Positions 1 through 7,750 are shown, numbered from the stretch's first letter. The stretch: 32,000 bases of DNA from Moraxella nasicaprae (GCF_025643275.1 NZ_CP089977.1:510001-542000); one strand, 5' to 3'. The notes: a model not told the origin generated them from the sequence alone. Numbers and translations are program-made.

Positions 1-314
1 ACGATTTGACTGACATCATAAATGAGCGGATTTTGAATGCCTTGACCAAAATCAAAATTGACACAAAACACCGCCAAATCCTCACTCACAGGCTCAATGC
101 GATGCAGGCAATTTGTGGGCGAAAATAGCACACAGGGACGGTCAATGATGATGGGTGGTTGTCCTTTTTGAATCAGGCGACAACTGCCCTGATAGATAAA
201 ATGCAAATAGCCTTTATTGGGTTCATCAAACTGCCCCATACGGCACAGCAACCCCACAAAAAATAGCTCAGTACGGAAGGAAAATTGGGTAAATAAATGG
301 GTTAAAGCGTCCAT
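1..314 (-). CDS. AraC-family transcriptional regulator, N-terminal cupin-like domain only (gene runs off the left edge)
   Basis: Not in the ORF track because no stop lies in the window. My minus-strand translation from the ATG at 314 is open to position 1: MDALTHLFTQFSFRTELFFVGLLCRMGQFDEPNKGYLHFIYQGSCRLIQKGQPPIIIDRPCVLFSPTNCLHRIEPVSEDLAVFCVNFDFGQGIQNPLIYDVSQI. It resembles the N-termini of AraC regulators with a cupin sensor domain. The HTH part would be off-window. Confidence 0.55.
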   Translation of the reverse strand, partial: MDALTHLFTQFSFRTELFFVGLLCRMGQFDEPNKGYLHFIYQGSCRLIQKGQPPIIIDRPCVLFSPTNCLHRIEPVSEDLAVFCVNFDFGQGIQNPLIYDVSQI

Positions 315-340
315 AAGCAAACTTTAATTATTGGCAATAA

Positions 341-490
341 GAATTATTCGGTATTGTTAATTGAGTATACTTTTCTAGAAAACCGTTCGTGGTGAGCTTG
401 TCGAACCGCCACTGTTTTCCTAGACTTCGACAAGCTCAGTCCGAACGGAAAACCTTAAAATCTATCTTTATTTAACAATACCAATTATTC
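341..490. repeat. About 150-bp nested imperfect inverted repeat (MITE-like element or large structured RNA) in the divergent intergenic region
   Basis: The outer arms are gaattattcggtattgttaa (341-360) and ttaacaataccaattattc (472-490), which match as reverse complements except for about 2 mismatches and 1 indel. The inner arms are ccgttcgtggtgagcttgtcgaa (383-405) and ttcgacaagctcagtccgaacgg (426-448), matching at 21/23. TAA is present on both outer flanks (338-340 and 491-493). Confidence 0.5.
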
Positions 491-527
491 TAACAAAAAC
501 CGCCCATAGCAACAACCAAATTGCATT

Positions 528-583
528 TTGGTTAAATCATCGATGTGATTGGTTAAATCGATGAAAAAATAAGTCGGTATAAT
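528..583 (+). promoter_or_regulatory. Putative promoter of the isochorismatase-family gene, with two direct-repeat boxes (candidate AraC-type operator)
   Basis: TTGGTTAAATC occurs at 528-538 and again at 549-559, a 21-bp period (two helical turns). The proximal copy sits where a -35 would be, about 18 nt upstream of TATAAT at 578-583. Confidence 0.35.
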
Positions 584-662
584 ACGCACCAAGTTTGATG
601 AATTTGATTTATCAAATGATTGATGTTAAATAAAATTGTATATTCAATAATAAGGTATCATT

Positions 663-1526
663 ATGTCAGAACAAACCTTTAATCCAGAACAAGAAAACAT
701 CGATACTTCTCGCCGTAGTGCGATTGGTGCAGGTGCAAAAATTGCCATGAGTGCAGGCGTGCTAGGAGCGATGGGTCTAAGCAGCATTGCCAATGCCGCC
801 ACCAAACCAGCTGCGGTTCAAGAGCCAAAGAAAAGCCCTTATGCTGAGCCTGAGCAGTATGGTCTTGAACGCCCTGGTATGAAAATTGACCCAAAGCGAG
901 TGGCGTTGGTCATCGTTGACCCACAAAACGACTTTTTAAGCCCAAATGGCGTGATGTGGGGCGTGCTAAAAGATAGTATCATTGAAAACAACACCGTTGA
1001 AAACATTGAAAGTCTATTTAAGGCTGCCAAAGCGGTGGATATGCCCGTCATCGTCTCGCCCCACTATTATTACCCAACCGACCACCAATGGGAGTTTATG
1101 GCACCAGGTGAAAACTTTATGCACAAAACCAATATGTTTGCTCGCAAAAGTGCATACAGCATGGACGGTTTCGAAGGCTCTGGGGCGGACTTTGTGGAAC
1201 GCTATAAGCCTTATATTTTTGACGGCAAAACCACCATCTGTTCACCACACAAAATCTTTGGCCCTGAAACCAGCGATGTGGTGTTACAGCTTAGAAAACG
1301 CAAAATTGACCAAGTGATTTTGGCAGGCATGGCAGCCAACTTGTGCATTGAGTCGCACTTGCGTGAGCTTGTAGAACAAGGCTTTGAAGTTACTGTGGTT
1401 AAAGATGCCACCGCAGGACCTCGTATTCCAGAAGGCGATGGTTATTTGGCGGCTTTGGTAAACTTCCGTCTGATTGCCAACGACTTGTGGACAACTGAAC
1501 AAGCCGTGAAAAACATGGGTGCATAA
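663..1526 (+). CDS. Isochorismatase-family cysteine hydrolase with an N-terminal twin-arginine (Tat) signal peptide
   Basis: The N-terminus has SRRSAIGAG, then a hydrophobic stretch, then ANA-A, which is a Tat-type signal with an AxA cleavage site. Family motifs are LVIVDPQNDF (catalytic Asp) and ILAGMAANLCIESH (catalytic Cys). A terminator follows. Confidence 0.8.
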   Translation: MSEQTFNPEQENIDTSRRSAIGAGAKIAMSAGVLGAMGLSSIANAATKPAAVQEPKKSPYAEPEQYGLERPGMKIDPKRVALVIVDPQNDFLSPNGVMWGVLKDSIIENNTVENIESLFKAAKAVDMPVIVSPHYYYPTDHQWEFMAPGENFMHKTNMFARKSAYSMDGFEGSGADFVERYKPYIFDGKTTICSPHKIFGPETSDVVLQLRKRKIDQVILAGMAANLCIESHLRELVEQGFEVTVVKDATAGPRIPEGDGYLAALVNFRLIANDLWTTEQAVKNMGA

Positions 1527-1547
1527 TCCCCATCAATAACTATCCAA

Positions 1548-1583
1548 GCCGTCTTTTGTATCATTTGGCAAAAGACGGTTTTG
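1548..1583 (+). terminator. Rho-independent terminator after the isochorismatase-family gene
   Basis: gccgtcttttg (1548-1558) pairs with caaaagacggt (1569-1579), followed by tttt. Confidence 0.7.
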
Positions 1584-1767
1584 GCGTTGGTAAAATCCAA
1601 TAAAAACAATGATGGTCAATCAAACTTAAAATACACCACACTGGTTTTTTATTCATAATAAAACCAGTAACCGTCTTTCGATGGAGCTTAGACGAACAAT
1701 TTGGGTGTTTTTTGAAGTTAATTGACGATAAGATACAGACTTTCTAATAAAAAAATAATGGCATACC

Positions 1768-2733
1768 ATGAACACCGATAAACTGATATTTTTAAATAAA
1801 ACACCTTTGTCAGCCTCATTTTTTGCTATGCCACTTGGTCTTGGGGCGTTTGCTTTGGCTTGGCATCACGCCAGTCAGATTACCAATGTTGCCGACACCA
1901 TCAGTCATGTGCTTGGCGGACTGGCGATGGCTTTTTGGTTATTATTTTTAGGATTATACCTACATAAAGCCATCAATCATCGCAAACATTGGCTTGATGA
2001 ACTACATTGTCCTGTTCGCTTTGCCTTTGTGGTGCTGATTTTTGTCAGCGGTATGATTATGGGTGAGCTTTTGATGATTTGGCAATATGAATTATTGGGC
2101 AAATCATTGATTTATCTATCCATCATTTTGCAGCTTTTGTATGGCACTTGGCGGATTGCGACGCTCTGGCAAGGCGAAGAATTTAAGCAACAATCCACCC
2201 TACCGCCGTTTTATTTACCAGCCGTTGCCAGTAACTTTACCAGTGCCAGTGCGTTAAGTTTGCTTGGACTGGGTGACTGGGCGATGCTGTTTTTTGGGGC
2301 GGGCATGATTGCTTGGCTGATGTTTGAGCCTGTGCTACTACAACATCTTCGCACCCAAGAAATCCCCACTAAACTGCGAGCCACTTTTGGTATCATTCTT
2401 GCCCCTGCCTTTGTTGGTGCTAATGCCTACATCGCTGTCACAGGGCAAGTGGATATGGTTGCCAAAATGCTGATTGGTTATGGCATTTTGCAACTGCTGT
2501 TTTTGGCAAGGTTATTTACTTGGATTTTAAAGGCAGGCGTTGGGGCAAGTTTGTGGAGCTTTTCGTTTGGCTTAGCATCGATGGCAAATATCGGTATCAG
2601 TTTATACCAACACCACACCCTATCATCGTTGGGTGTGGCGATGTTTATCATTGCCAATATTGCTGCCGTTGCCTTGCTTGCTTTGACCACGCTCAGATTG
2701 GTTCAGGGTAGATATTTCGGCATTACAGCTTAA
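1768..2733 (+). CDS. tehA: TehA-like tellurite-resistance/dicarboxylate transporter (TDT/SLAC1 family) membrane protein
   Basis: The 321-aa polytopic protein is collinear, from my memory of E. coli TehA, in these blocks: FYLPAVASNF, FFGAGMIAWLMFEPVLLQHLR, AKMLIGYGILQLLFLARL and SLWSFSFG. No tehB partner is adjacent. Confidence 0.8.
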   Translation: MNTDKLIFLNKTPLSASFFAMPLGLGAFALAWHHASQITNVADTISHVLGGLAMAFWLLFLGLYLHKAINHRKHWLDELHCPVRFAFVVLIFVSGMIMGELLMIWQYELLGKSLIYLSIILQLLYGTWRIATLWQGEEFKQQSTLPPFYLPAVASNFTSASALSLLGLGDWAMLFFGAGMIAWLMFEPVLLQHLRTQEIPTKLRATFGIILAPAFVGANAYIAVTGQVDMVAKMLIGYGILQLLFLARLFTWILKAGVGASLWSFSFGLASMANIGISLYQHHTLSSLGVAMFIIANIAAVALLALTTLRLVQGRYFGITA

Positions 2734-2758
2734 TAGCATGACCAATAGGGTAATTTTT

Positions 2759-2800
2759 TGGTACAATACGCCTCATCAACCAGTCATGGCAGATGAGGCG
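2759..2800 (+). promoter_or_regulatory. Extended -10 promoter plus a 9-bp leader hairpin upstream of azlCD
   Basis: TGgTACAAT lies at 2759-2767. Immediately downstream, cgcctcatc (2769-2777) pairs perfectly with gatgaggcg (2792-2800). No U-run follows the hairpin. Confidence 0.35.
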
Positions 2801-2848
2801 TTGCTCCACAAGCCTGATTGATTATTGTTAAATTATCACTGGATAAAC

Positions 2849-3550
2849 ATGGCTACCGAACAAAAAATTGCTTTTCTTCAAGGCTGTCAATCCGCCATAC
2901 CAATCTCGCTGGGCTATATCCCTGTTGCCATCGCCTTTGGCATGACCACCACCTCAGCAGGACTGCCCGAATGGGTGGTGATTGCCATGAGTTTACTGAT
3001 TTATGCTGGGGCAAGCCAATTTCTCTTATTTGCCTCCATCATGAGTGGTGCTAGTGTCATGGCTGTGGTTGGACTATGTGCCTTGCTCGACAGTCGCCAT
3101 TTGTTGTACGCCCCTTTGATGAAACGACATCTTAAATCGGGTCAAGGCATGGTTTGGATAGCACCACTCATCACCGATGAAGTATTCGCCACCGCCATGA
3201 CCAAACTTGATACCGTCACCCACCAAAAACCTTGGCTGGCTGGGCTGGCGATTATTTCTTGGGTATCTTGGTGGGGTGGCACACTGCTTGGCGTGTATGG
3301 CGGTAAATTATTAGCCAATTATCCTTTGATGAGTGCCATGATGAATTTTGCTTTTTTGGCGTTATTTGTCTCACTCTCAACACACCTTATCATCAAAGAA
3401 TCCAAATTTTATCCTGCTTTTATCGGTGCGGTGGTTGTTGCCTTGCTGTGTATTTGGCTGGGACTGGACGAACCTGCATTGTTGATTGCCAGCTTTTTTG
3501 GCATCATCATTCATCTACTCATCAATCAATTTAAAAAACCAAATGTTTAA
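2849..3550 (+). CDS. azlC: AzlC-family branched-chain amino acid exporter, large subunit
   Basis: The track ORF 2825-3550 starts at a TTG, and the first ATG is at 2849 (MATEQKIAFLQGCQSAIPISLGYIPVAIAFGM...AGASQF), a typical AzlC N-terminus. The gene overlaps the downstream azlD by 8 nt. Confidence 0.8.
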   Translation: MATEQKIAFLQGCQSAIPISLGYIPVAIAFGMTTTSAGLPEWVVIAMSLLIYAGASQFLLFASIMSGASVMAVVGLCALLDSRHLLYAPLMKRHLKSGQGMVWIAPLITDEVFATAMTKLDTVTHQKPWLAGLAIISWVSWWGGTLLGVYGGKLLANYPLMSAMMNFAFLALFVSLSTHLIIKESKFYPAFIGAVVVALLCIWLGLDEPALLIASFFGIIIHLLINQFKKPNV

Positions 3551-3902
3551 TCAAGCCAATCTATCCACACTCATCGCAGCGGTCGTCTCTATGATTATTT
3601 TGACCGCCTTATCTCGCATTCTTCCTTTCTTTTTGCCCAACAACTCTCCCATCATACGATTTTTTACCAAAGAAAATTCGCCCTTAGCTCCTTTGGGCGG
3701 TACAATCATCATCACCATGACCGTATTGCTGGCAGTGCCATTTTTCCAAAAATCCAGCGAGCATAGCCCTCTACTTGCTGTCATCACAGGCATGCTTGCC
3801 ACCATGATTGCCACTCATCGACGCATGAATACAGGCATTTGTGTCATCATTGGCATGCTTGGATTTTTATGTGGATTTTTTCTCAATCAGTTTTTGCCAT
3901 AA
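3543..3902 (+). CDS. azlD: AzlD-family branched-chain amino acid transport protein, small subunit
   Basis: This is the in-frame ATG at 3543 of track ORF 3486-3902 (MFNQANLSTLIAAVVSMIILTALSRILPFFL...). The product is small and hydrophobic, and the gene is paired and overlapping with azlC. Confidence 0.75.
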   Translation: MFNQANLSTLIAAVVSMIILTALSRILPFFLPNNSPIIRFFTKENSPLAPLGGTIIITMTVLLAVPFFQKSSEHSPLLAVITGMLATMIATHRRMNTGICVIIGMLGFLCGFFLNQFLP

Positions 3903-3933
3903 AAAAACACCGCCAATCAAGCGGTGTTTTTTT
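3901..3933. terminator. Bidirectional rho-independent terminator between convergent azlD and the FMN reductase gene
   Basis: Sequence is aaaaaa-acaccgc-caatcaa-gcggtgt-ttttttt, with the stem at 3907-3913 / 3921-3927 and A and T runs on either side. Confidence 0.8.
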
Positions 3934-3949
3934 GTGGACAATCAGCCCA

Positions 3950-4498
3950 TTAGAACTTAGCAACAAACTCGGCATAAGCATTGATAAAGCCTTGCAATGT
4001 GCCTTTGGCTTGCTCACTCACCAATTCGCCAGACTCATCGAATGCCCCTGCAAAAATCCCGCCAATGCTTGCAGCAAACGGAGCAACAGGCATATTGATA
4101 TAAGTCCCTGCCGCCACGGTGCGAAGTGCGTCCACCGCACGGTTGCTACCACCTGCATTGACGCTGACAAGCCCCAAAGGTTTGCCAATCCACAGGCTTT
4201 GCCCTGCTGGACGGCTGACCACATCAATGGCATTTTTAATCATCGCTGAATAGCTGCCATTATGCTCTGGCGTTACCCAAATCACCGCATCGGCTGATTT
4301 GACCGCTTCACGCACACGGGTATAGGCTGGTACATCTTGCTCGTCCAAATCACGGTCATACACAGGCAAATCGCCAATTTCTACAATGTTTAATTGCAAA
4401 GAACTTGGGGCGATTTTTTGCAAATGCTTGACCGCCAAATGGTTAAAAGAAGTTTTGCTGGCAGAGCCAATCAATACAGCAACTTGTTTTGTCATCAC
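3950..4498 (-). CDS. NADPH-dependent FMN reductase (ChrR/YieF-like quinone/chromate reductase)
   Basis: The 182-aa product has VAVLIGSASKTSFN and VIWVTPEHNGSYSAMIKNAIDVVSRP, which are collinear with E. coli YieF as I recall it. Confidence 0.8.
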   Translation of the reverse strand: MMTKQVAVLIGSASKTSFNHLAVKHLQKIAPSSLQLNIVEIGDLPVYDRDLDEQDVPAYTRVREAVKSADAVIWVTPEHNGSYSAMIKNAIDVVSRPAGQSLWIGKPLGLVSVNAGGSNRAVDALRTVAAGTYINMPVAPFAASIGGIFAGAFDESGELVSEQAKGTLQGFINAYAEFVAKF

Positions 4499-4568
4499 TT
4501 TTCTCTCTAAATAAAAAATTTAAAAAAACATCACTAGCAGGCGTATGACATACGCCCAATGTCTGGCT

Positions 4569-4579
4569 ATTATAGCACA
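4569..4579 (-). promoter_or_regulatory. Possible extended -10 (TGTGCTATAAT on the minus strand) internal promoter for the FMN reductase gene
   Basis: Plus-strand attatagcaca at 4569-4579 reads TGTGCTATAAT on the minus strand, about 70 nt upstream of the start at 4498. Confidence 0.35.
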
Positions 4580-4609
4580 TTTTAACGATAATAATTCTCA
4601 ATCATTGAA

Positions 4610-5299
4610 TTATCTTAAATCAAAGAGTAAAAATTCACTATCATCATTTGCCATCACATTCAAGGCGGTCTCTTCACTCAATGCCACGCCATCGCCCTGT
4701 GCGACCGCTTCGCCATTAACAGTAAATTCGCCTTTGACGACTTGAAGCCAGTAGTTACGATTTTTGTCCAAGTCAATGATTTGACTGCTATTTTTGGCAA
4801 GTTGATAACGCCACAGCTTCATGTCTTGATAAATCTTAAATGAGCCATCATCAGCGTTGGGCGATAAAATCAGCGTACCGCCCTGCTTGTCAGCAAAGAC
4901 TTTTTGGTCGTATCGTGGCGTAATGCCAAGCTCATTGGGCTCAATCCAGATTTGCAAAAGATGTAGCGTCTCATCATCGCTAGGGTTAAACTCCGAATGC
5001 GTAACCCCCGTGCCAGCCGACATAATCTGAAACTCGTCTGCCGAAAAGTCTTTGACATTACCCATGCTGTCTTTATGGGCGATTTTGCCTTGTAATACAT
5101 AGGTCAAAATCTCCATATCTTTGTGCGGGTGCGTGCCAAAACCCATCGTGGGTGCAACCTTATCTTCGTTAATCACTCGCAAATCGGAAAAACCCATAAA
5201 GCGTGGGTCATAATAATTGGCAAATGAAAAAGAGTGTTTGGCTTGTAGCCAGCCATGGTCAGCATGACCTCTTTCATCAGATTTTCTAATATAAATCAT
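4610..5299 (-). CDS. Pirin-family protein (YhhW/quercetin 2,3-dioxygenase-like bicupin)
   Basis: The N-terminal block is RGHADHGWLQAKHSFSFANYYDP and the metal-site block is GFGTHPHKDMEILTYVLQG. The product is 229 aa. Confidence 0.85.
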   Translation of the reverse strand: MIYIRKSDERGHADHGWLQAKHSFSFANYYDPRFMGFSDLRVINEDKVAPTMGFGTHPHKDMEILTYVLQGKIAHKDSMGNVKDFSADEFQIMSAGTGVTHSEFNPSDDETLHLLQIWIEPNELGITPRYDQKVFADKQGGTLILSPNADDGSFKIYQDMKLWRYQLAKNSSQIIDLDKNRNYWLQVVKGEFTVNGEAVAQGDGVALSEETALNVMANDDSEFLLFDLR

Positions 5300-5324
5300 A
5301 ATATTATCTCACTATATCATTCAC

Positions 5325-5753
5325 TTATTTGTTTTTGTTAAACGCATTATCCAAAGAAATTTTGCCAGCACCTGTTACCCAAAGCAGCAAGAACACCATG
5401 CAAAATAATGCAGCCGCCTCGCCTTGATTGCCGATTGGATTAAAAATCATGGCATTGGGCAAGGCGTGAAAAACAAAATAAGCCACCGCCATCATGCCAG
5501 CCAATAAAAACGCCACAGGACGAGTAAACAGACCGACCATCAACAAAACACCACCGATAATCTCCAATAAACCACCAATACCAAACACAGAAAATAGCGG
5601 TACAGCACCATTGCCATCAGTCATCGAAATGGGAAATTCAAAGAATTTTGCCGTGCCATGCAATAAAAACATATAGCCAGTCGCCAGACGCACCACCAGT
5701 AGCAAATAAGGGCTAAGCGTGTGAGCGAGCTTTTCAAAAGTCTGATTCATCAT
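5325..5753 (-). CDS. DoxX-family inner-membrane protein
   Basis: The product is four-TM and small, with LLVVRLATGYMFLLHGTAKFF typical of DoxX. The track start at 5762 is a TTG. The ATGs at 5753 and 5750 follow a GAGGA SD, so the true start is probably one of these. Confidence 0.75.
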   Translation of the reverse strand: MMNQTFEKLAHTLSPYLLLVVRLATGYMFLLHGTAKFFEFPISMTDGNGAVPLFSVFGIGGLLEIIGGVLLMVGLFTRPVAFLLAGMMAVAYFVFHALPNAMIFNPIGNQGEAAALFCMVFLLLWVTGAGKISLDNAFNKNK

Positions 5754-5830
5754 ATTCCTCAAAAATTGGTCAGCACTTGATATTTAGTGCCAAATTCGTC
5801 AAAGATGTGCGTATTATAATTGTTTTTAAA

Positions 5831-5848
5831 ATTGCAACAAGGTACAAT
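5831..5848. promoter_or_regulatory. Candidate LysR-type box (ATTG-N10-CAAT) in the divergent lysR/doxX intergenic region
   Basis: attgcaacaaggtacaat at 5831-5848 is an interrupted dyad of the T-N11-A kind. It overlaps TTGCAA (5832-5837), a possible -35 for the LysR gene, with TATTAT at 5856-5861. Confidence 0.3.
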
Positions 5849-5883
5849 AATACAATATTATTTTGCAAAAATAGAAAGATACC

Positions 5884-6774
5884 ATGCACGACATCAGTCT
5901 TGACGACATTCGCCTATTTGTGGCGGTGGTACAATCAGGCAGTCTAACCCAAGCCTCCGAATTAACAGGCGTGCCTGTCTCTCGCCTATCTAGACGACTG
6001 ACCGCCTTAGAAAACTCACTTGGCACCAAGCTCATCAATCGTGGCAAAAAAGGCGTCAGCTTGCATGAGACAGGCGAATCGTTTTTTGCTCATGCTCAGA
6101 CCATGCTCCATTATGCCCAAAATGCCATCAGTAGCATCGACCAAAATCTACAAACCCCCACAGGTCTCCTAAAAATCTCATTGCCCATTGATGTGGTTGG
6201 ATTGATTTCTCCTGCCATTGGCGAATTTTTAAATCAATACCCAAAAGTATCCCTAGAAATTTGGCGTACTCAACAAAAAATCAACATGATTCAAGATGGT
6301 ATTGATATTGCCATCAGAGCAGGTACAATTGATAATGAAAATGTCGTTGCCAAAACCCTGACAACCTTAGAATTTGGGGTGTACGCCAGCCCTGATTATC
6401 TGGCTAAGCATGGCACGCCCACCACGCCCAATGAGCTGTATCAACATCAGACCATCGCCCAAATGCTGTCTTTGCCTTGGCTGTTTAGCCAAAAAGACCA
6501 TCAAATCAGTATCACGCCCCAGCCTTTTGTGGCGGTCAATGACTTCATGCTGGCGTGTGAGTTGATTGCCCAAGGCATCGGCATCGGTGTACTGCCAGAT
6601 GCTCTTGCCAAACACGACAACCTTGTGCCATTGTTGGACGATTGGCGACTGCCCAGCACGCCTTTATCGGTGATTTATTATAAAAATCGTGGCGGTGTGG
6701 CAACGGTCAGAAGTTTTGTTGACTGGCTATGTCAAAAGTTTAGGCATAGTCAAAACTGGCAGATTGGTGTATAA
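5884..6774 (+). CDS. LysR-family transcriptional regulator
   Basis: An N-terminal winged HTH (FVAVVQSGSLTQASELTGVPVSRLSRRLTALE) is followed by a substrate-binding domain. The gene is divergent from the doxX-pirin-FMN reductase genes. Confidence 0.85.
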   Translation: MHDISLDDIRLFVAVVQSGSLTQASELTGVPVSRLSRRLTALENSLGTKLINRGKKGVSLHETGESFFAHAQTMLHYAQNAISSIDQNLQTPTGLLKISLPIDVVGLISPAIGEFLNQYPKVSLEIWRTQQKINMIQDGIDIAIRAGTIDNENVVAKTLTTLEFGVYASPDYLAKHGTPTTPNELYQHQTIAQMLSLPWLFSQKDHQISITPQPFVAVNDFMLACELIAQGIGIGVLPDALAKHDNLVPLLDDWRLPSTPLSVIYYKNRGGVATVRSFVDWLCQKFRHSQNWQIGV

Positions 6775-6880
6775 TGAGCAGTATTTTTTCATCAACTTCC
6801 TGCAATGCTTGTTTTTTTATTTGCCCAAATTGACTTGGGTCGATAAAAACAGCAACCCTTGATGGTTTTTTGGGCGATTT

Positions 6881-6909
6881 TTGACGCTCAAATGCAGGTG
6901 GTTTAAAAT
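6881..6909 (+). promoter_or_regulatory. Sigma70-type promoter of yebC (TTGACG-N17-TAAAAT)
   Basis: TTGACG lies at 6881-6886 and TAAAAT at 6904-6909 with a 17-nt spacer, about 30 nt upstream of the ATG at 6938. Confidence 0.5.
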
Positions 6910-6937
6910 TTCATCTCAAACAAAAGACAGGTGCATT

Positions 6938-7687
6938 ATGGCAGGTCATAGTAAGTGGGCGAATATCAAACATCGCAAAGCCAAACAAGATGCCGCAAAG
7001 GGCAAAATTTTTACCAAAATTATCCGTGAAATCGTTTCAGCCAGTAAAGGCGGAGACCCAGACCCAGCCAACAACCCACGCCTTAGAGCCGTGCTAGAAA
7101 AAGCCAATGCTGCCAACATGACCAAAGATGTCATCAAACGAGCCATTGAGCGTGGTCAAGGCGGTGGCGAGGGCGACAATGTCCAAGAAATCACCTACGA
7201 GGGCTATGGCGTAGGCGGTGTGGCGGTGATTGTTGAGACGATGACCGACAATGTAAACCGTACCGTAGGCGAGGTTCGCCATGCGTTTAGCAAGCACGGT
7301 GGCAATCTGGGTACATCAGGTTCGGTGGCGTATCTGTTTACCAAGCGAGGCGAGATTGTCTTTAATGATGTATCTCTTGAAGACAAAGTGATGGAAGTTG
7401 CCCTAGAAGCAGGGGCGAGCGACATTGAAAATGATGGCGAGAGTCTACTTGTGATTACCGAGCCAAACGACTTTGGGGCGGTGGTGGACGCTTTGGCAAA
7501 TGCTGGCTTAAAGGCGGATACTATGGAAGTTACAATGTCGCCAAGCACCACAGCCGACATTGATAATATTGATGATGCCCAAAAAGTGCTAAAAATGATT
7601 GATATGCTAGAAGATTTGGACGATGTCCAAGAAGTCTATACCAATGTCAATTTTAGCGATGAAGTGATGGCACAATTAGATGCTTGA
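6938..7687 (+). CDS. yebC: YebC/PmpR-family DNA-binding transcriptional regulator
   Basis: [27 protein letters not shown] is the invariant family N-terminus. The track ORF start at 6881 is a TTG inside the predicted -35, and the true ATG is at 6938. Confidence 0.9.
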   Translation: MAGHSKWANIKHRKAKQDAAKGKIFTKIIREIVSASKGGDPDPANNPRLRAVLEKANAANMTKDVIKRAIERGQGGGEGDNVQEITYEGYGVGGVAVIVETMTDNVNRTVGEVRHAFSKHGGNLGTSGSVAYLFTKRGEIVFNDVSLEDKVMEVALEAGASDIENDGESLLVITEPNDFGAVVDALANAGLKADTMEVTMSPSTTADIDNIDDAQKVLKMIDMLEDLDDVQEVYTNVNFSDEVMAQLDA

Positions 7688-7706
7688 TTTGTTGTGGTTA
7701 TGATAA

Positions 7707-7750
7707 ATTGGCTATGATAAATCAAATTGTCATAGCCAATTTTTGTTTTT
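7707..7750 (+). terminator. Rho-independent terminator after yebC
   Basis: A perfect 11-bp stem, attggctatga (7707-7717) with tcatagccaat (7730-7740), is followed by ttttgttttt. Confidence 0.8.

Noticed and set aside
1640-1668. 9-bp hairpin actggtttt / aaaaccagt and neighbouring small stems in the 240-bp region upstream of tehA, considered as a possible riboswitch or sRNA
   Set aside because: It has no U-run on either strand and no resemblance to any riboswitch core I know. A plausible tehA promoter (TTGACG 1722-1727, TAATAA 1745-1750) lies downstream of it, so it would not be in the tehA leader. Evidence is insufficient.
1548-1680. GCCGTCT / ACCGTCT cores in intergenic hairpins (1548-1554, 1670-1676, also 14023-14029), reminiscent of the Neisseria DNA uptake sequence GCCGTCTGAA
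   Set aside because: There are only about three intergenic occurrences, none continues with GAA, and the taxon appears different. This is most likely coincidental terminator sequence. It would need genome-wide k-mer over-representation counts to revisit.
6881-6937. N-terminal extensions proposed by the ORF track for yebC (6881), the yibN-like gene (16963), argO (15163), sppA (29929) and the DUF218 gene (14111)
   Set aside because: The extensions start at non-ATG codons or lie inside promoters, terminators or upstream intergenic DNA. They add residues absent from the conserved family N-termini, and better-placed starts with SDs exist downstream.
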